Assembly (NCBI GenBank): GCA_964618625.1
Contig: CAZUBI010000001.1
Location: 332,266 to 396,265, forward strand
Direction of reading: 5' to 3'
Length of the DNA stretch: 64,000 nt
DNA from: an uncultured Candidatus Saccharibacteria bacterium
Lineage (GTDB): Bacteria; Patescibacteriota; Minisyncoccia; UBA6257
The stretch's first letter is position 1, and each line of letters starts with the position of its first letter. The notes under the pieces are model-generated. The model made no database searches, had not been told where the DNA came from, and saw only the letters and a program-made list of their open reading frames with translations. Positions 1 through 8,444 of this stretch are shown in pieces. Both the position numbers and the translations under genes were made by a program.

Positions 1-41
1 AAATGAACACAAAGCTGTCAAGAACACAAAGTCAAATTAAC

Positions 42-353
42 TTACTTTCCAAAAGATATTTTTAAATCTTTATTAAAAACTTGAGCAATCTTTTGGAGCA
101 TATTAATACTGAAATTTTGATCCCCAGCTTCCATTCTCGCAATATTGCTTTGTTTTGTTCCAATTTTCTTTGCTAATGTTGCCTGAGACATTTTCTTTTT
201 TTTGCGCAATTTAAATATTTGGTAACCAATATTTAATTGAATACTATATTTATCAAAATATTTCTTAAACTTAGGGTCCTTTAATTGCTCCTTAAGATAT
301 TCTTGAAAATCTGTCGCTTTTTGTTGGTTTTTATTCATATTTTCCATCTTCAT
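42..353 (-). CDS. XRE-family helix-turn-helix transcriptional regulator, a possible R-M controller or antitoxin-like protein
   Basis: The C-terminal half carries the classic Cro/C1 HTH (MSQATLAKKIGTKQSNIARMEAG). It is 103 aa and sits at the end of the R-M operon. Confidence 0.6.
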   Translation of the reverse strand: MKMENMNKNQQKATDFQEYLKEQLKDPKFKKYFDKYSIQLNIGYQIFKLRKKKKMSQATLAKKIGTKQSNIARMEAGDQNFSINMLQKIAQVFNKDLKISFGK

Positions 354-354
354 T

Positions 355-374
355 ATATATCATATATGATATAT
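355..374. promoter_or_regulatory. Perfect 20-bp palindrome ATATATCATATATGATATAT, a putative operator, immediately upstream of the XRE gene start
   Basis: Read directly from the sequence: the stretch is self-complementary and lies 2 bp from the start codon at 351-353 (minus strand). Confidence 0.35.
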
Positions 375-442
375 GTCAATAGATTAAAAAATGAATAATA
401 ACTCCTATAAAATTTTCTATAACAAACTTTCGCATACTATTC

Positions 443-919
443 TTAAATAAAAATAGCTCCGCGATATTTATCCCATTTAGCAAGTTGCATACTCCTATTA
501 GGTAAATATTCAAGCATATCTAAACGATGGTATTTATTTACTATGTCATTAAGATATTTACTAAGCCCGTGAGGTGATATTAGAATTGCTTGATCTGGAC
601 GCACGAGTTTTGAATAAATAAGCAATTGAGCGAGATGTGAGAAGTTTAAAGATGAATCTTTTACCTCAATAAAAACCAACTTATATTTACCGTCCTTTTC
701 TACTATGCCAAGCAAATCTACTTTTATATTGTAAAGTGGGTAATCGGGAAAATCTTTTTTAAGTTTTCTCTTTGAAAAGAAGTCACTTAGATATATTTTA
801 TGAACATCAAAAATTTCTACTTTACATCCGCGATTTTTATTCTGGAGATACTCTAAAAACCAATCTCTCATTGGTGCATAAAGCGCAAGTTCTCTTTTTG
901 TTGGTTTATCGTTACTCAT
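443..919 (-). CDS. Small PD-(D/E)xK-like protein, candidate small nuclease subunit of the R-M system
   Basis: 158 aa. The motif VDLLGIVEKDGKYKLVFIEVKD fits the hD...(E)xK nuclease signature. It overlaps the upstream gene by 8 nt, consistent with an operon containing the methyltransferase. Confidence 0.3.
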   Translation of the reverse strand: MSNDKPTKRELALYAPMRDWFLEYLQNKNRGCKVEIFDVHKIYLSDFFSKRKLKKDFPDYPLYNIKVDLLGIVEKDGKYKLVFIEVKDSSLNFSHLAQLLIYSKLVRPDQAILISPHGLSKYLNDIVNKYHRLDMLEYLPNRSMQLAKWDKYRGAIFI

Positions 920-1820
920 CTTTTTCTACAACAGAAATTAGATAATTTAATAACTCTCTCCAGTTATCGAAATGTTTTTCCCTAAGAAAATCGGGAAGCT
1001 TTTTCGAATCTTCTTCTGGATTTGGCGGTTTTGGTTTAGACCTCATAACCGCTTTTTTATCACCAAGATCAGGTAAGTTCTTATCAGCCAACTCTTTTAA
1101 AACTTCGTTCTTATGATTCAAGTAAGACCCTATTTTGAGAAACTGATTTGCGTAAATCTTTACTTGATGTTCCTTTGCCCAAAATCCTTTATCCCTTTTA
1201 AATTCGGGGTCTCTAAAATTTGGATGCCCGAAGTCAATTGTTTGTATTGGGACATCGAGATTAGAAAGTAGTTTGAACAGGTCAACAATAACAAGCCAAT
1301 TTCTCTGATCAACTTCCAAATAAATCCTGTGTTGGTTTTCTTTTCCAAAGGCAGCGTTTGATTTTCTTATATGTCCAGTGGTATCGAAATAGCCACGCAA
1401 GAATTCTTTTTGTATTTCTTTATCTGCTTCAAATATTGCCGTTGGTATTCTGAAAGAATGAAAATCAACGAATTCATCATTGAGAAGATACTTCAGCACT
1501 TGCCACGATAAATCTTCTCCGTGCCATGTAAGAATCAATGCTACGTCATTTTGGTTTGTATTATCTTTAGAAACATCGAAGCCGTAATGCCGTATCCTAT
1601 TTACTATCGTGTCTAAACTACTGGACAATTCAAGAGAAGTATCGTATGACTTTGTGTAGCCAACAGCACCCAAGCTTTTATAAGGGAATGTAATTGAAAG
1701 GCGTTTTGTTTGTCCATCACGCATGAAAATTCCCTTACCGACTACCAAACCCAGAAGGTATGCGATATCCTCGTTTAAAAAGTCTGAAATTTTATTAGTT
1801 TTGTCCATATTATTTTTCAA
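912..1820 (-). CDS. Free-standing LAGLIDADG-fold protein with degenerate catalytic positions, paralogous to the endonuclease domain of the gyrB intein
   Basis: Two LAGLIDADG-like motifs are present: LNEDIAYLLGLVVGKGIF and IQKEFLRGYFDTTGHI. They closely match the gyrB intein-2 motifs LNEDFAYLLGFYIGDGCF and IQQAFLRGYLESDGSI. Position 8 of each motif is K/T rather than D. The gene overlaps the methyltransferase gene by 11 nt. Confidence 0.5.
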   Translation of the reverse strand: MKNNMDKTNKISDFLNEDIAYLLGLVVGKGIFMRDGQTKRLSITFPYKSLGAVGYTKSYDTSLELSSSLDTIVNRIRHYGFDVSKDNTNQNDVALILTWHGEDLSWQVLKYLLNDEFVDFHSFRIPTAIFEADKEIQKEFLRGYFDTTGHIRKSNAAFGKENQHRIYLEVDQRNWLVIVDLFKLLSNLDVPIQTIDFGHPNFRDPEFKRDKGFWAKEHQVKIYANQFLKIGSYLNHKNEVLKELADKNLPDLGDKKAVMRSKPKPPNPEEDSKKLPDFLREKHFDNWRELLNYLISVVEKDE

Positions 1821-3657
1821 AAATTAAAATATACTCATGAACTTTATTCACGATAAAACTATAAGGATATCCTAGGGGTTTTAGATTATTATATTCTTTC
1901 TGTCTGTCCCAAATCGCTATATCTCGCTGCTTGAAACCTATGTCTTGTAATTTATTAGCCAAGTCAGAATGAAAAGGATAAAAGTTTGATTTTTTTCTGA
2001 TATCCATAACGATTACAGCACAGAACCCACCACTTTGTAATGAGATGTAGACGTTTTTAAATATATTCTGAAGAGATATTAAAAACTCCTCATAGTCGTG
2101 TAGATTTCCTAAATCTTGTTTACTATCTCCATAATTTACTATTTTTTTATTGTCCGCCGTTCTTCTTTCATTCAAGATATCCCAATATGGTGGTGAAGTA
2201 ATACATAACTTCACAGAATTTGGTTTAACGTGTTTACTTAAATTCAAAGCATCGTCAACGAATAATTCATATCTGCCTTTCTTATTAAAATCTTTATAAT
2301 GGGTAGAGAGGCGTTTTTTGCAAAGTTTAATATATTCTTTGTTGAGATCTATTCCTACTGCCTTTCTATCTTTTCTTAATGCAGCGATGACCACGCTACC
2401 GCTACCCACCATGGGATCAAGGACAATGGAAGTTTTTTTGCCAGTGTAAATATCTATAAGTCGTTCCGCTAAAGAAATTGGAAATATTGCTGGGTGATCA
2501 AGTGTTGACTCTTCCGAATTCTTTGAAATATCTCGCCAGATGCTAAACGAATTTTGCAACCACCTAGATCCATTCAGTCTATTAAACCTGTCTTTAAGTC
2601 CGTTTATACTAACAACATATAAACGTTCGTTTGTAGAATTAGGATCATTGCTGGTCTGGTTTATGCTCCTGTATCTTTTATGGCTCTGTTGATAAAGTTT
2701 TAAATCGCCCTTTTGAGATAGAATATTATTAATAGTGGGATCGGAAATTATGCCTTCGTTATTATAACTAAGAAGTATGTGGCGGGCTTTAGCTTTTTTG
2801 ATTAAATCTGCAAATACTTTTTGTGCTGTAGATTTTTGGCAGTAGAGCGATTTTTTTGATTCGTCAAAGTAAATACCGGTTTTGCTTTTCGGTAGTATCT
2901 TTACTTCTTTATCAAACCAACCTGTAGCAATTAGTTCAAGTAAAAAATAATTGGAAACGAATTGGCGAGTGTTGTAAGGTGGATCTAAATATAGAATATC
3001 CGTAGAAATTCTTCCTACAATATCATTTGCATCGGACTTAAATGCCTTATTAACTCTTTTGCTGGGAATAATTTCTGGTGGTGTTAGTGTTAGTGATTTC
3101 AAAGCCCTTTTGTCCCACTTTTTGAGAAAAGCACCGTAAGTGCCCGCAACATTTGATACAAGATTTACAGCTTCAATTAAAGCGGTAATCAAGTAGTAGT
3201 ATTCTAATTCTGTAATCTTGTTGTTATCTTTCCATTCCTCGATTTGAGTTCTAATTGTATCAATCTTCTTACCATTTTCATCAGAAAAATATTTTCTAAT
3301 TTTTTTAGTTCCGGTGGGACAATAATTTTTATATATAAATCCCTCTGTTGGTTTAAGCTTATTAAGGTAGTTTATAACTTTCTCATAAGTTTCTTTACCT
3401 TTATTATTATCAACTACTTTTTTTAACTTTCTAAGCTTGGGGTATTCATTTAATTCAATGTATGTTTTCGCTAAAGCGTAGCAAAATTCAAGATTGTCAT
3501 TAGCGATAACTGTGTAACCTAATTTCTTAAAATGTTTAGCCACGGCCGTAGTTCCAGTAAAAAGATCAAAAAACTTTGCGCCCTCGTAGAGATCGAGGTT
3601 CTTTGATGCCTCTTCAATAAATTTTAAGAGTTTTGTTTTACAGCCGTAGTATCTCAT
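1810..3657 (-). CDS. Fused dual DNA methyltransferase: an N-terminal Dam-like (D12 class) m6A domain plus a C-terminal N4/N6 (SPPY-type) domain
   Basis: N-terminal half: RYYGCK, FDLFTGTTAV and ILYLDPPYNT (Dam motifs I and IV). C-terminal half: HPAIFPISLAERLI...LDPMVGSGS (motifs X and I) and CITSPPYWD (motif IV). The protein is 615 aa. Confidence 0.8.
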   Translation of the reverse strand: MRYYGCKTKLLKFIEEASKNLDLYEGAKFFDLFTGTTAVAKHFKKLGYTVIANDNLEFCYALAKTYIELNEYPKLRKLKKVVDNNKGKETYEKVINYLNKLKPTEGFIYKNYCPTGTKKIRKYFSDENGKKIDTIRTQIEEWKDNNKITELEYYYLITALIEAVNLVSNVAGTYGAFLKKWDKRALKSLTLTPPEIIPSKRVNKAFKSDANDIVGRISTDILYLDPPYNTRQFVSNYFLLELIATGWFDKEVKILPKSKTGIYFDESKKSLYCQKSTAQKVFADLIKKAKARHILLSYNNEGIISDPTINNILSQKGDLKLYQQSHKRYRSINQTSNDPNSTNERLYVVSINGLKDRFNRLNGSRWLQNSFSIWRDISKNSEESTLDHPAIFPISLAERLIDIYTGKKTSIVLDPMVGSGSVVIAALRKDRKAVGIDLNKEYIKLCKKRLSTHYKDFNKKGRYELFVDDALNLSKHVKPNSVKLCITSPPYWDILNERRTADNKKIVNYGDSKQDLGNLHDYEEFLISLQNIFKNVYISLQSGGFCAVIVMDIRKKSNFYPFHSDLANKLQDIGFKQRDIAIWDRQKEYNNLKPLGYPYSFIVNKVHEYILIFEK

Positions 3658-3660
3658 AGC

Positions 3661-3840
3661 TTAGTTTTTCTTATTACTATTTTGGTCAATAAAGCAATCA
3701 ATGTCTGTAGCTTTTACTCTCCATTGACCTATCTTTGACGCATTTAATCTTTTCGCCTTGATATAGCGCATAATAGTGTGCTCACTAACGCGTAACTTTT
3801 GTACTATCTCTTTTATATTTAAGAAGTTTTCTTTAGCCAT
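3661..3840 (-). CDS. Small HTH DNA-binding protein of the excisionase/MerR-like HTH_17 type (59 aa), a candidate controller of the R-M operon
   Basis: This ORF is not in the supplied track because it is shorter than 60 aa. It translates as MAKENFLNIKEIVQKLRVSEHTIMRYIKAKRLNASKIGQWRVKATDIDCFIDQNSNKKN. It starts 3 nt after the methyltransferase gene. Confidence 0.5.
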   Translation of the reverse strand: MAKENFLNIKEIVQKLRVSEHTIMRYIKAKRLNASKIGQWRVKATDIDCFIDQNSNKKN

Positions 3841-3882
3841 ATGTCCTTTACATATACTTATACTTAATTCTATTATAGCAGT

Positions 3883-3934
3883 TTGTCATATTTTGTCACC
3901 CACAAGCCCTGTCACGTATTGTCATATTTTGTCA
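3883..3934. promoter_or_regulatory. Array of five TGTCA half-sites with 10-bp phasing, a putative operator in the promoter of the HTH and methyltransferase operon
   Basis: TGTCA occurs at 3884, 3894, 3910, 3920 and 3930. TTGTCATATTTTGTCA is repeated twice. Confidence 0.4.
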
Positions 3935-4048
3935 TTTAATATAAAATAAAATTACGACATGCTATTATTAAACATAAAGCATTCCAAGCTATGATTAAAT
4001 ATTTTCTTTACGCCCGCAAATCAACTTTATGGTCTATTTAAAATAAAA

Positions 4049-4081
4049 AAGGCTTTCCTAAGTCCATGTTAGGAAAGCCTT
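4049..4081. terminator. Bidirectional rho-independent terminator hairpin
   Basis: AAGGCTTTCCTAA-gtccatg-TTAGGAAAGCCTT forms a perfect 13-bp stem flanked by an A-run and a T-run. It lies just after the stop of the minus-strand gene 4099..4419. Confidence 0.55.
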
Positions 4082-4098
4082 GATTGTATTGTTTTCTT

Positions 4099-4419
4099 TT
4101 ATTTTTTCAATACCTCTTTCTTAAAAGCAAAAATCTTCTTAAGTCGCTGAATCTGACAGTATTTCTCCCCATCATATTCAACGATCGCCTTCTTGTATTT
4201 TGCCTGCAATGATGACGAAGGTATAAGAATAAAATTCTTTACCTTCTTTGTTTTTTTATCCATATCTCTCTTGTCATGTTCTTCACCAATCACCTGATCA
4301 GTTTCTTTCAAAAAATCTTCCCAAAATTCCCGTTCTTCTGGGCTCATTTTTGAAAGAGTAAACTCATTAAGAGGTACTCCTAACTGACTAGGCGACCTAA
4401 ATCCTCCGCACATACACAT
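4099..4419 (-). CDS. Hypothetical protein
   Basis: ORF of 106 aa in the track; the true start may be an internal Met (MSPEEREFWEDF). No recognisable motif. Confidence 0.3.
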   Translation of the reverse strand: MCMCGGFRSPSQLGVPLNEFTLSKMSPEEREFWEDFLKETDQVIGEEHDKRDMDKKTKKVKNFILIPSSSLQAKYKKAIVEYDGEKYCQIQRLKKIFAFKKEVLKK

Positions 4420-4455
4420 AATTTCATTCCTCCTTTTTTCTATTTATATCTAATC

Positions 4456-4944
4456 TTAAAAAGTAAATCTTTCTTCCATCTGTTTTACTGCAGGAGATCT
4501 ATAAACACCAGACATAATAATCTTCTCGTGCATTTCCATTAAAAATTTCGTTGGTGTAAGAAACATGGGATCTTCCTTTTTTCTTTCAGATATTATCCGT
4601 TGTGCTTCTACCAAAAAATCTTCTAAAATTCGTTTTTTTTCTTTTGAGATTTTTGAACCAGATGGATATAGTTCTTCTTCAAATTTCATAGATTCACTCT
4701 CTCCTATTTCTATAACCTCCATTATAACTTTTAGTATGACTGGCCTGGAATTCTTATTTATCATTTTTTTACAGTCTTCTACTTTTTCCAGCGCTTCCTC
4801 CCAAGAACAACCCACAATATCATAATGCCTAAAATCATTAATATTCTTCGGATCATTATGAACTGGGTAGATTATAAACCCCATTGCCATTGTCCCCGGT
4901 TCCTTAAAAGCCAATTCTCTCAAAATCTGCACTCCTGGTTTCAC
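4456..4944 (-). CDS. Hypothetical protein
   Basis: ORF of 162 aa with no recognisable motif. Confidence 0.3.
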   Translation of the reverse strand: MKPGVQILRELAFKEPGTMAMGFIIYPVHNDPKNINDFRHYDIVGCSWEEALEKVEDCKKMINKNSRPVILKVIMEVIEIGESESMKFEEELYPSGSKISKEKKRILEDFLVEAQRIISERKKEDPMFLTPTKFLMEMHEKIIMSGVYRSPAVKQMEERFTF

Positions 4945-4970
4945 TTTCTTTAATCCTCCTTTTCAAATTT

Positions 4971-5168
4971 TTAATTTTTATCTTTCTTTTCATCCTTATT
5001 AATAGACAACAATGCTTCAATTAACCATTTACCTACAATAATAAAAATCAATATATTTCTATGATATTCCGACAACATAGGAACAAAACCTAACAAACTT
5101 AACACCAAAAATATCGTAATTGCAACATTGAAAATAATTCCCAATAAATACTTATTTGATTTTGTCAT
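4971..5168 (-). CDS. Small hydrophobic membrane protein (hypothetical)
   Basis: 65 aa with two predicted TM segments. Confidence 0.3.
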   Translation of the reverse strand: MTKSNKYLLGIIFNVAITIFLVLSLLGFVPMLSEYHRNILIFIIVGKWLIEALLSINKDEKKDKN

Positions 5169-5364
5169 ATTTTACCTCCTTTAATAAAATTTTTAATAAT
5201 ACACACCAGGAAACTGACTACTAATAAAGATAACAACCAATTTCCTTGTGTGTATCAGAAGATATTGTTTTTCAAAGAACTAAAAATACCCTAATTATAG
5301 GATATTATAAACATAACATATTTAATCGTAAAGGTCAACTCCGAAAACTAAGCGATGCTAGAAT

Positions 5365-5916
5365 CTACTGAACCAATTTCTTATATATTTTATAAGCTGT
5401 CATCGTTCCGTTTATAGCTCGATGAGGCATTGGCTCTTCTGGGACTCCAAGTCTCTTTGCCGCTTCATTCAAACTAAATTTTTCACAGCTTGAGTTTCGA
5501 AGCTTCATCCAAATCATGGTAAAAAGGTCAACGCGATGATGGTCCATCTGGTTTTTAATGCCAGTTTTCTTAAACGCTTCAAAAACAAAAGACCAATCAA
5601 AAGTCACATTGTGAGCGCAAAATATCGCGCCTTTTGTCTTTTCGCCATAGAGAGACATAGCTTCTTTAAGCGTTATGGCGTTTTTCCAATCAGTTTCATT
5701 ATATCCATTTAGCTTTAGCGCAAATTCATCTGCTGTTTCAATATGTTCAGGCTTTACCTTAATATCGAGAGTATCCAGAATCTCAAGACTTTGTTGATTG
5801 ATTACAACCAATCCGATTTCAATAATCTCTTGAATTGCGAAATCAAGACCAGTAGTTTCAACGTCAGTAATAGCAATTGGTCTTTCAAAAATATGGGTTG
5901 TATGTTCTTGCTTCAT
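5365..5916 (-). CDS. DEDDh 3'-5' exonuclease (DnaQ/epsilon-like)
   Basis: Exo I motif ITDVETTGLD, Exo II motif HNVTFDWSFV and Exo III motif HRAINGTMTAYKIY are present; 183 aa. Confidence 0.7.
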   Translation of the reverse strand: MKQEHTTHIFERPIAITDVETTGLDFAIQEIIEIGLVVINQQSLEILDTLDIKVKPEHIETADEFALKLNGYNETDWKNAITLKEAMSLYGEKTKGAIFCAHNVTFDWSFVFEAFKKTGIKNQMDHHRVDLFTMIWMKLRNSSCEKFSLNEAAKRLGVPEEPMPHRAINGTMTAYKIYKKLVQ

Positions 5917-5943
5917 TTTATTAATATTAATTTAGAAAATAAA

Positions 5944-6414
5944 CTACAGATCTAATCTCATTTTTAATCTAAAATCAAAAAAACCATATTTTCTCCAGGC
6001 TTTAAGACCTATTTTATTTCTAGCATCAACAGTAAGCTGAATGTGCTTAACTTTCTTACTTTTAAACCATTTCAATAATTCTTTAAATATCTTCTTGCCA
6101 ATACCTTGATTTCTATATTCCTTTTCAATAAAAGCATCATAAATTACTCCAATTTTTTTTGGGGGAACATAGTTGGGAGCTTTTTCTATTACTCCCATAA
6201 AATATCCAATAACTTTTTCGTTTTCCTCAGCAATGATAATTTTTGTATTTCTATCTTTCATTAATTTCTCAAAATGATCCCTAATTTCTATATAATCATA
6301 ACCAGAACGATCTTTATAGTATTTATCAATAACTCGATGGTAGTCTACTATCTGTTTCACTGATTTAACTATAAATTGGATATCTTGTTTTGTAGCATTC
6401 CTTATTAACATCAT
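5944..6414 (-). CDS. GNAT family N-acetyltransferase
   Basis: GNAT motif A is present: YRNQGIGKKIFKELLKW...HIQLTVDARN. Confidence 0.7.
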   Translation of the reverse strand: MMLIRNATKQDIQFIVKSVKQIVDYHRVIDKYYKDRSGYDYIEIRDHFEKLMKDRNTKIIIAEENEKVIGYFMGVIEKAPNYVPPKKIGVIYDAFIEKEYRNQGIGKKIFKELLKWFKSKKVKHIQLTVDARNKIGLKAWRKYGFFDFRLKMRLDL

Positions 6415-6432
6415 ATACCTTTATTCTACCAA

Positions 6433-6455
6433 AAAATCGCCTCTTTGGCGATTTT
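6433..6455 (-). terminator. Terminator hairpin AAAATCGCC-tcttt-GGCGATTTT, with a T-run on the minus strand, after the 6608..7519 gene
   Basis: Inverted repeat read directly. A near-identical hairpin lies at 9705..9727. Confidence 0.45.
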
Positions 6456-6493
6456 GATGTATCTCGGTCTCTCGATAAAAAAGTTAGGCGGCT

Positions 6494-6518
6494 GGGGCTA
6501 TAGAACGATGTTGGAACC
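6494..6518. repeat. Intergenic tRNA-like motif GGGGCTATAGAACGATGTTGGAACC (copy A)
   Basis: A near-identical copy is at 7574..7598 and a related one at 9733..9754. The flank ggcgattttgatgta (6447..6461) is also repeated at 7555..7569. Confidence 0.4.
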
Positions 6519-6607
6519 TTTTTGACTCAATATAATAGCCTTTTAGGTGCTTAACAACATATTAAATTAAATAATAAAACCATTTATTTGCCTTCTTTCT
6601 TTTTCTT

Positions 6608-7519
6608 TCATTTTTTTATATTTATATAAGTAGTTAGACCGTCGTCGCCCATTTTCTTCTTACATTTATCACAATAGTCTTGATTATAGAGACTATAGGG
6701 ATAAGCAGAAATATTTGGAATAAAGCTTTTCCCACAACTGGAACATTTTTTAGACTTTACTCCTACAGTTACAGTATTGCTATTAGGATCAAATAAATAT
6801 GAATTAATGTCATAATCGCCAAGAGAACTTGCAGTTAGCGGAGTGCCATGAACTATCTGTGATCGTTCTTTTGTAATTTCCTTTATTTGTTTTTCTAAAT
6901 CATTAATTTTTTCCTTTAGTTCTTTTTCTACTTCTTTATTTTTGGCTACCACAAGTTCTTTTCTCTTATCAAGTAACTCAACCATAACTGATTGTCTAAC
7001 CTTTTTATACTTTTTGTCTACTTCTTTTATTTCTTTCCTTTCTTTTTCCCTATCTTGAATTTTTTCTTTCAATCCTGGAACAATATCGCCCCAATCCTCA
7101 AGACCAGAATTAATACTAAATTCGGCAGTTGAAATATGACGATTAATTTCTTCAAGGGCTCGTTTATATTCTTTTTTCTCCTTTATCTTTAAAAAATGAA
7201 CAATCCATACCCTTATATCTCGAAGCTGTTTGCTGACACCTTGAAGATTACGGAGTGCGGAAAGACCTTTCTTTTCAAGAATATTTTTACCGGACGCTCG
7301 ATCATATTCATCCTTGAAAAAAGCACCAGCGAAACCACCAAATAAACTTCCAATAATAGCCATCAGGTTTGAAAATTGAAGGTTATCCTTATAAGAGATT
7401 GACAAATATAAAGCAACACCTGTTAAAAAAACAAAAAACAAAAATCCCGAATTGAAAAAAGCACTGAGTATAATAGATCTATTTTTAATAAAATCTGAAT
7501 GTATCGACTTATCACTCAT
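6608..7519 (-). CDS. Membrane protein with two N-terminal TM helices, a long coiled coil and a C-terminal zinc ribbon (hypothetical)
   Basis: Hydrophobic N-terminus, a K/E-rich heptad region, and C-terminal CSSCGKS...CDKCKKK. Confidence 0.4.
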   Translation of the reverse strand: MSDKSIHSDFIKNRSIILSAFFNSGFLFFVFLTGVALYLSISYKDNLQFSNLMAIIGSLFGGFAGAFFKDEYDRASGKNILEKKGLSALRNLQGVSKQLRDIRVWIVHFLKIKEKKEYKRALEEINRHISTAEFSINSGLEDWGDIVPGLKEKIQDREKERKEIKEVDKKYKKVRQSVMVELLDKRKELVVAKNKEVEKELKEKINDLEKQIKEITKERSQIVHGTPLTASSLGDYDINSYLFDPNSNTVTVGVKSKKCSSCGKSFIPNISAYPYSLYNQDYCDKCKKKMGDDGLTTYINIKK

Positions 7520-7573
7520 ATTAAAATTTCTTAAGATTTAAACTTTTCGGACATAGGCGATTTTAATATACAT

Positions 7574-7598
7574 GGGGCTATGGAACGATGTTGGAACC
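7574..7598. repeat. Intergenic tRNA-like motif (copy B)
   Basis: GGGGCTATGGAACGATGTTGGAACC, preceded by ggcgattttaatata. Confidence 0.4.
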
Positions 7599-7622
7599 TA
7601 TTTGGCCTTAAATTAAGTTATA

Positions 7623-7892
7623 TTAAGATTTCTTTTTTGAATCAGGCAAATATTTATAATCTTCTTCAATTTCAGTCCGTTCACCAATAGGAAGATTTTT
7701 AATAAAATCCGGATGTTTTCCAAATAATTCTTTTAATATTTCGTCTGCTCTTCTCGATAGTTTTGGAACTACATAAACTACTTCTTCCTTAGCAACTTCG
7801 CCTTCTTTCAACTTATGCACCTTCTTTACTTCAGTAATTAATTCTTTATATTCTTTATATAATTCCTCGGGTTCTTGTTTTTTATTTTCCAT
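7623..7892 (-). CDS. Hypothetical protein, last gene of the SMODS/SLATT operon
   Basis: 89 aa, same strand, 36 nt downstream of the SLATT gene. Confidence 0.3.
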   Translation of the reverse strand: MENKKQEPEELYKEYKELITEVKKVHKLKEGEVAKEEVVYVVPKLSRRADEILKELFGKHPDFIKNLPIGERTEIEEDYKYLPDSKKKS

Positions 7893-7928
7893 ATTTATAA
7901 ATTTTATTTTTATTTTTTTATTTTGGAA

Positions 7929-8444
7929 TTATTCTACTTTGTATTGTGCCTCTCCATCTTTAATACCTTCTTTAGCTTTAAGAAAAGCCCACTTCGGAAT
8001 TTGTGGTGATTTATTATTCAACTTATCTCGTTCTGTGCATAGAGTCTTTAGATTTTCCAGCAAGCTCTCATCTGTTTCTAAATCTACATCGATTTCACCA
8101 AAAATCCGAGAGCGATTTCTAAGATTATTATAGCGATTTCCTGCATTGTGATGAGTAATTGCTTTTTCGTTAGGATTTATGAATGTTGAAACAGCACTAG
8201 TTGTAGAAACAATAATTGCTAAAAGCCCAGCAACAATTTGATGATTATTAAATTGAGACAAGGCAGAAGCCCCTGCGATTGCTGCCATTATTGAAACAGA
8301 TACACCAATCCATAAATGGAAACTTGCCCAAGATTGAGCAGCATAAAAATGTCCCTTGGAGGAATATAAAGAATCTTCTTCTATTCTTTTTGCTTCTTTT
8401 ATTATTTTTTCCTTAGTTTCCATATACTGGGAATTTATTTCCAA
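7929..8444 (-). CDS. SLATT-like two-TM effector protein
   Basis: 171 aa: an N-terminal helix, two TM helices (SFHLWIGVSVSIMAAIAGASAL and IVAGLLAIIVSTTSAVSTFI) and a C-terminal region HHNAGNRYNNLRNRSRIF. It overlaps the upstream nucleotidyltransferase gene by 32 nt. Confidence 0.45.
   Translation of the reverse strand: MEINSQYMETKEKIIKEAKRIEEDSLYSSKGHFYAAQSWASFHLWIGVSVSIMAAIAGASALSQFNNHQIVAGLLAIIVSTTSAVSTFINPNEKAITHHNAGNRYNNLRNRSRIFGEIDVDLETDESLLENLKTLCTERDKLNNKSPQIPKWAFLKAKEGIKDGEAQYKVE

Noticed and set aside
5205-5258. 13-bp inverted repeat ACACACCAGGAAA...TTTCCTTGTGTGT downstream of 4971..5168
   Set aside because: It has one mismatch, a 27-nt loop and no T-run. It may be a weak terminator but there is not enough evidence to annotate it.
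6494-6518. Reading the GGGGCTATAGAACGATGTTGGAACC motif as a genuine tRNA gene
   Set aside because: No D-, anticodon- or T-arm can be formed. Only the first roughly 10 nt resemble a tRNA 5' end, so it is recorded as a tRNA-like repeat only.
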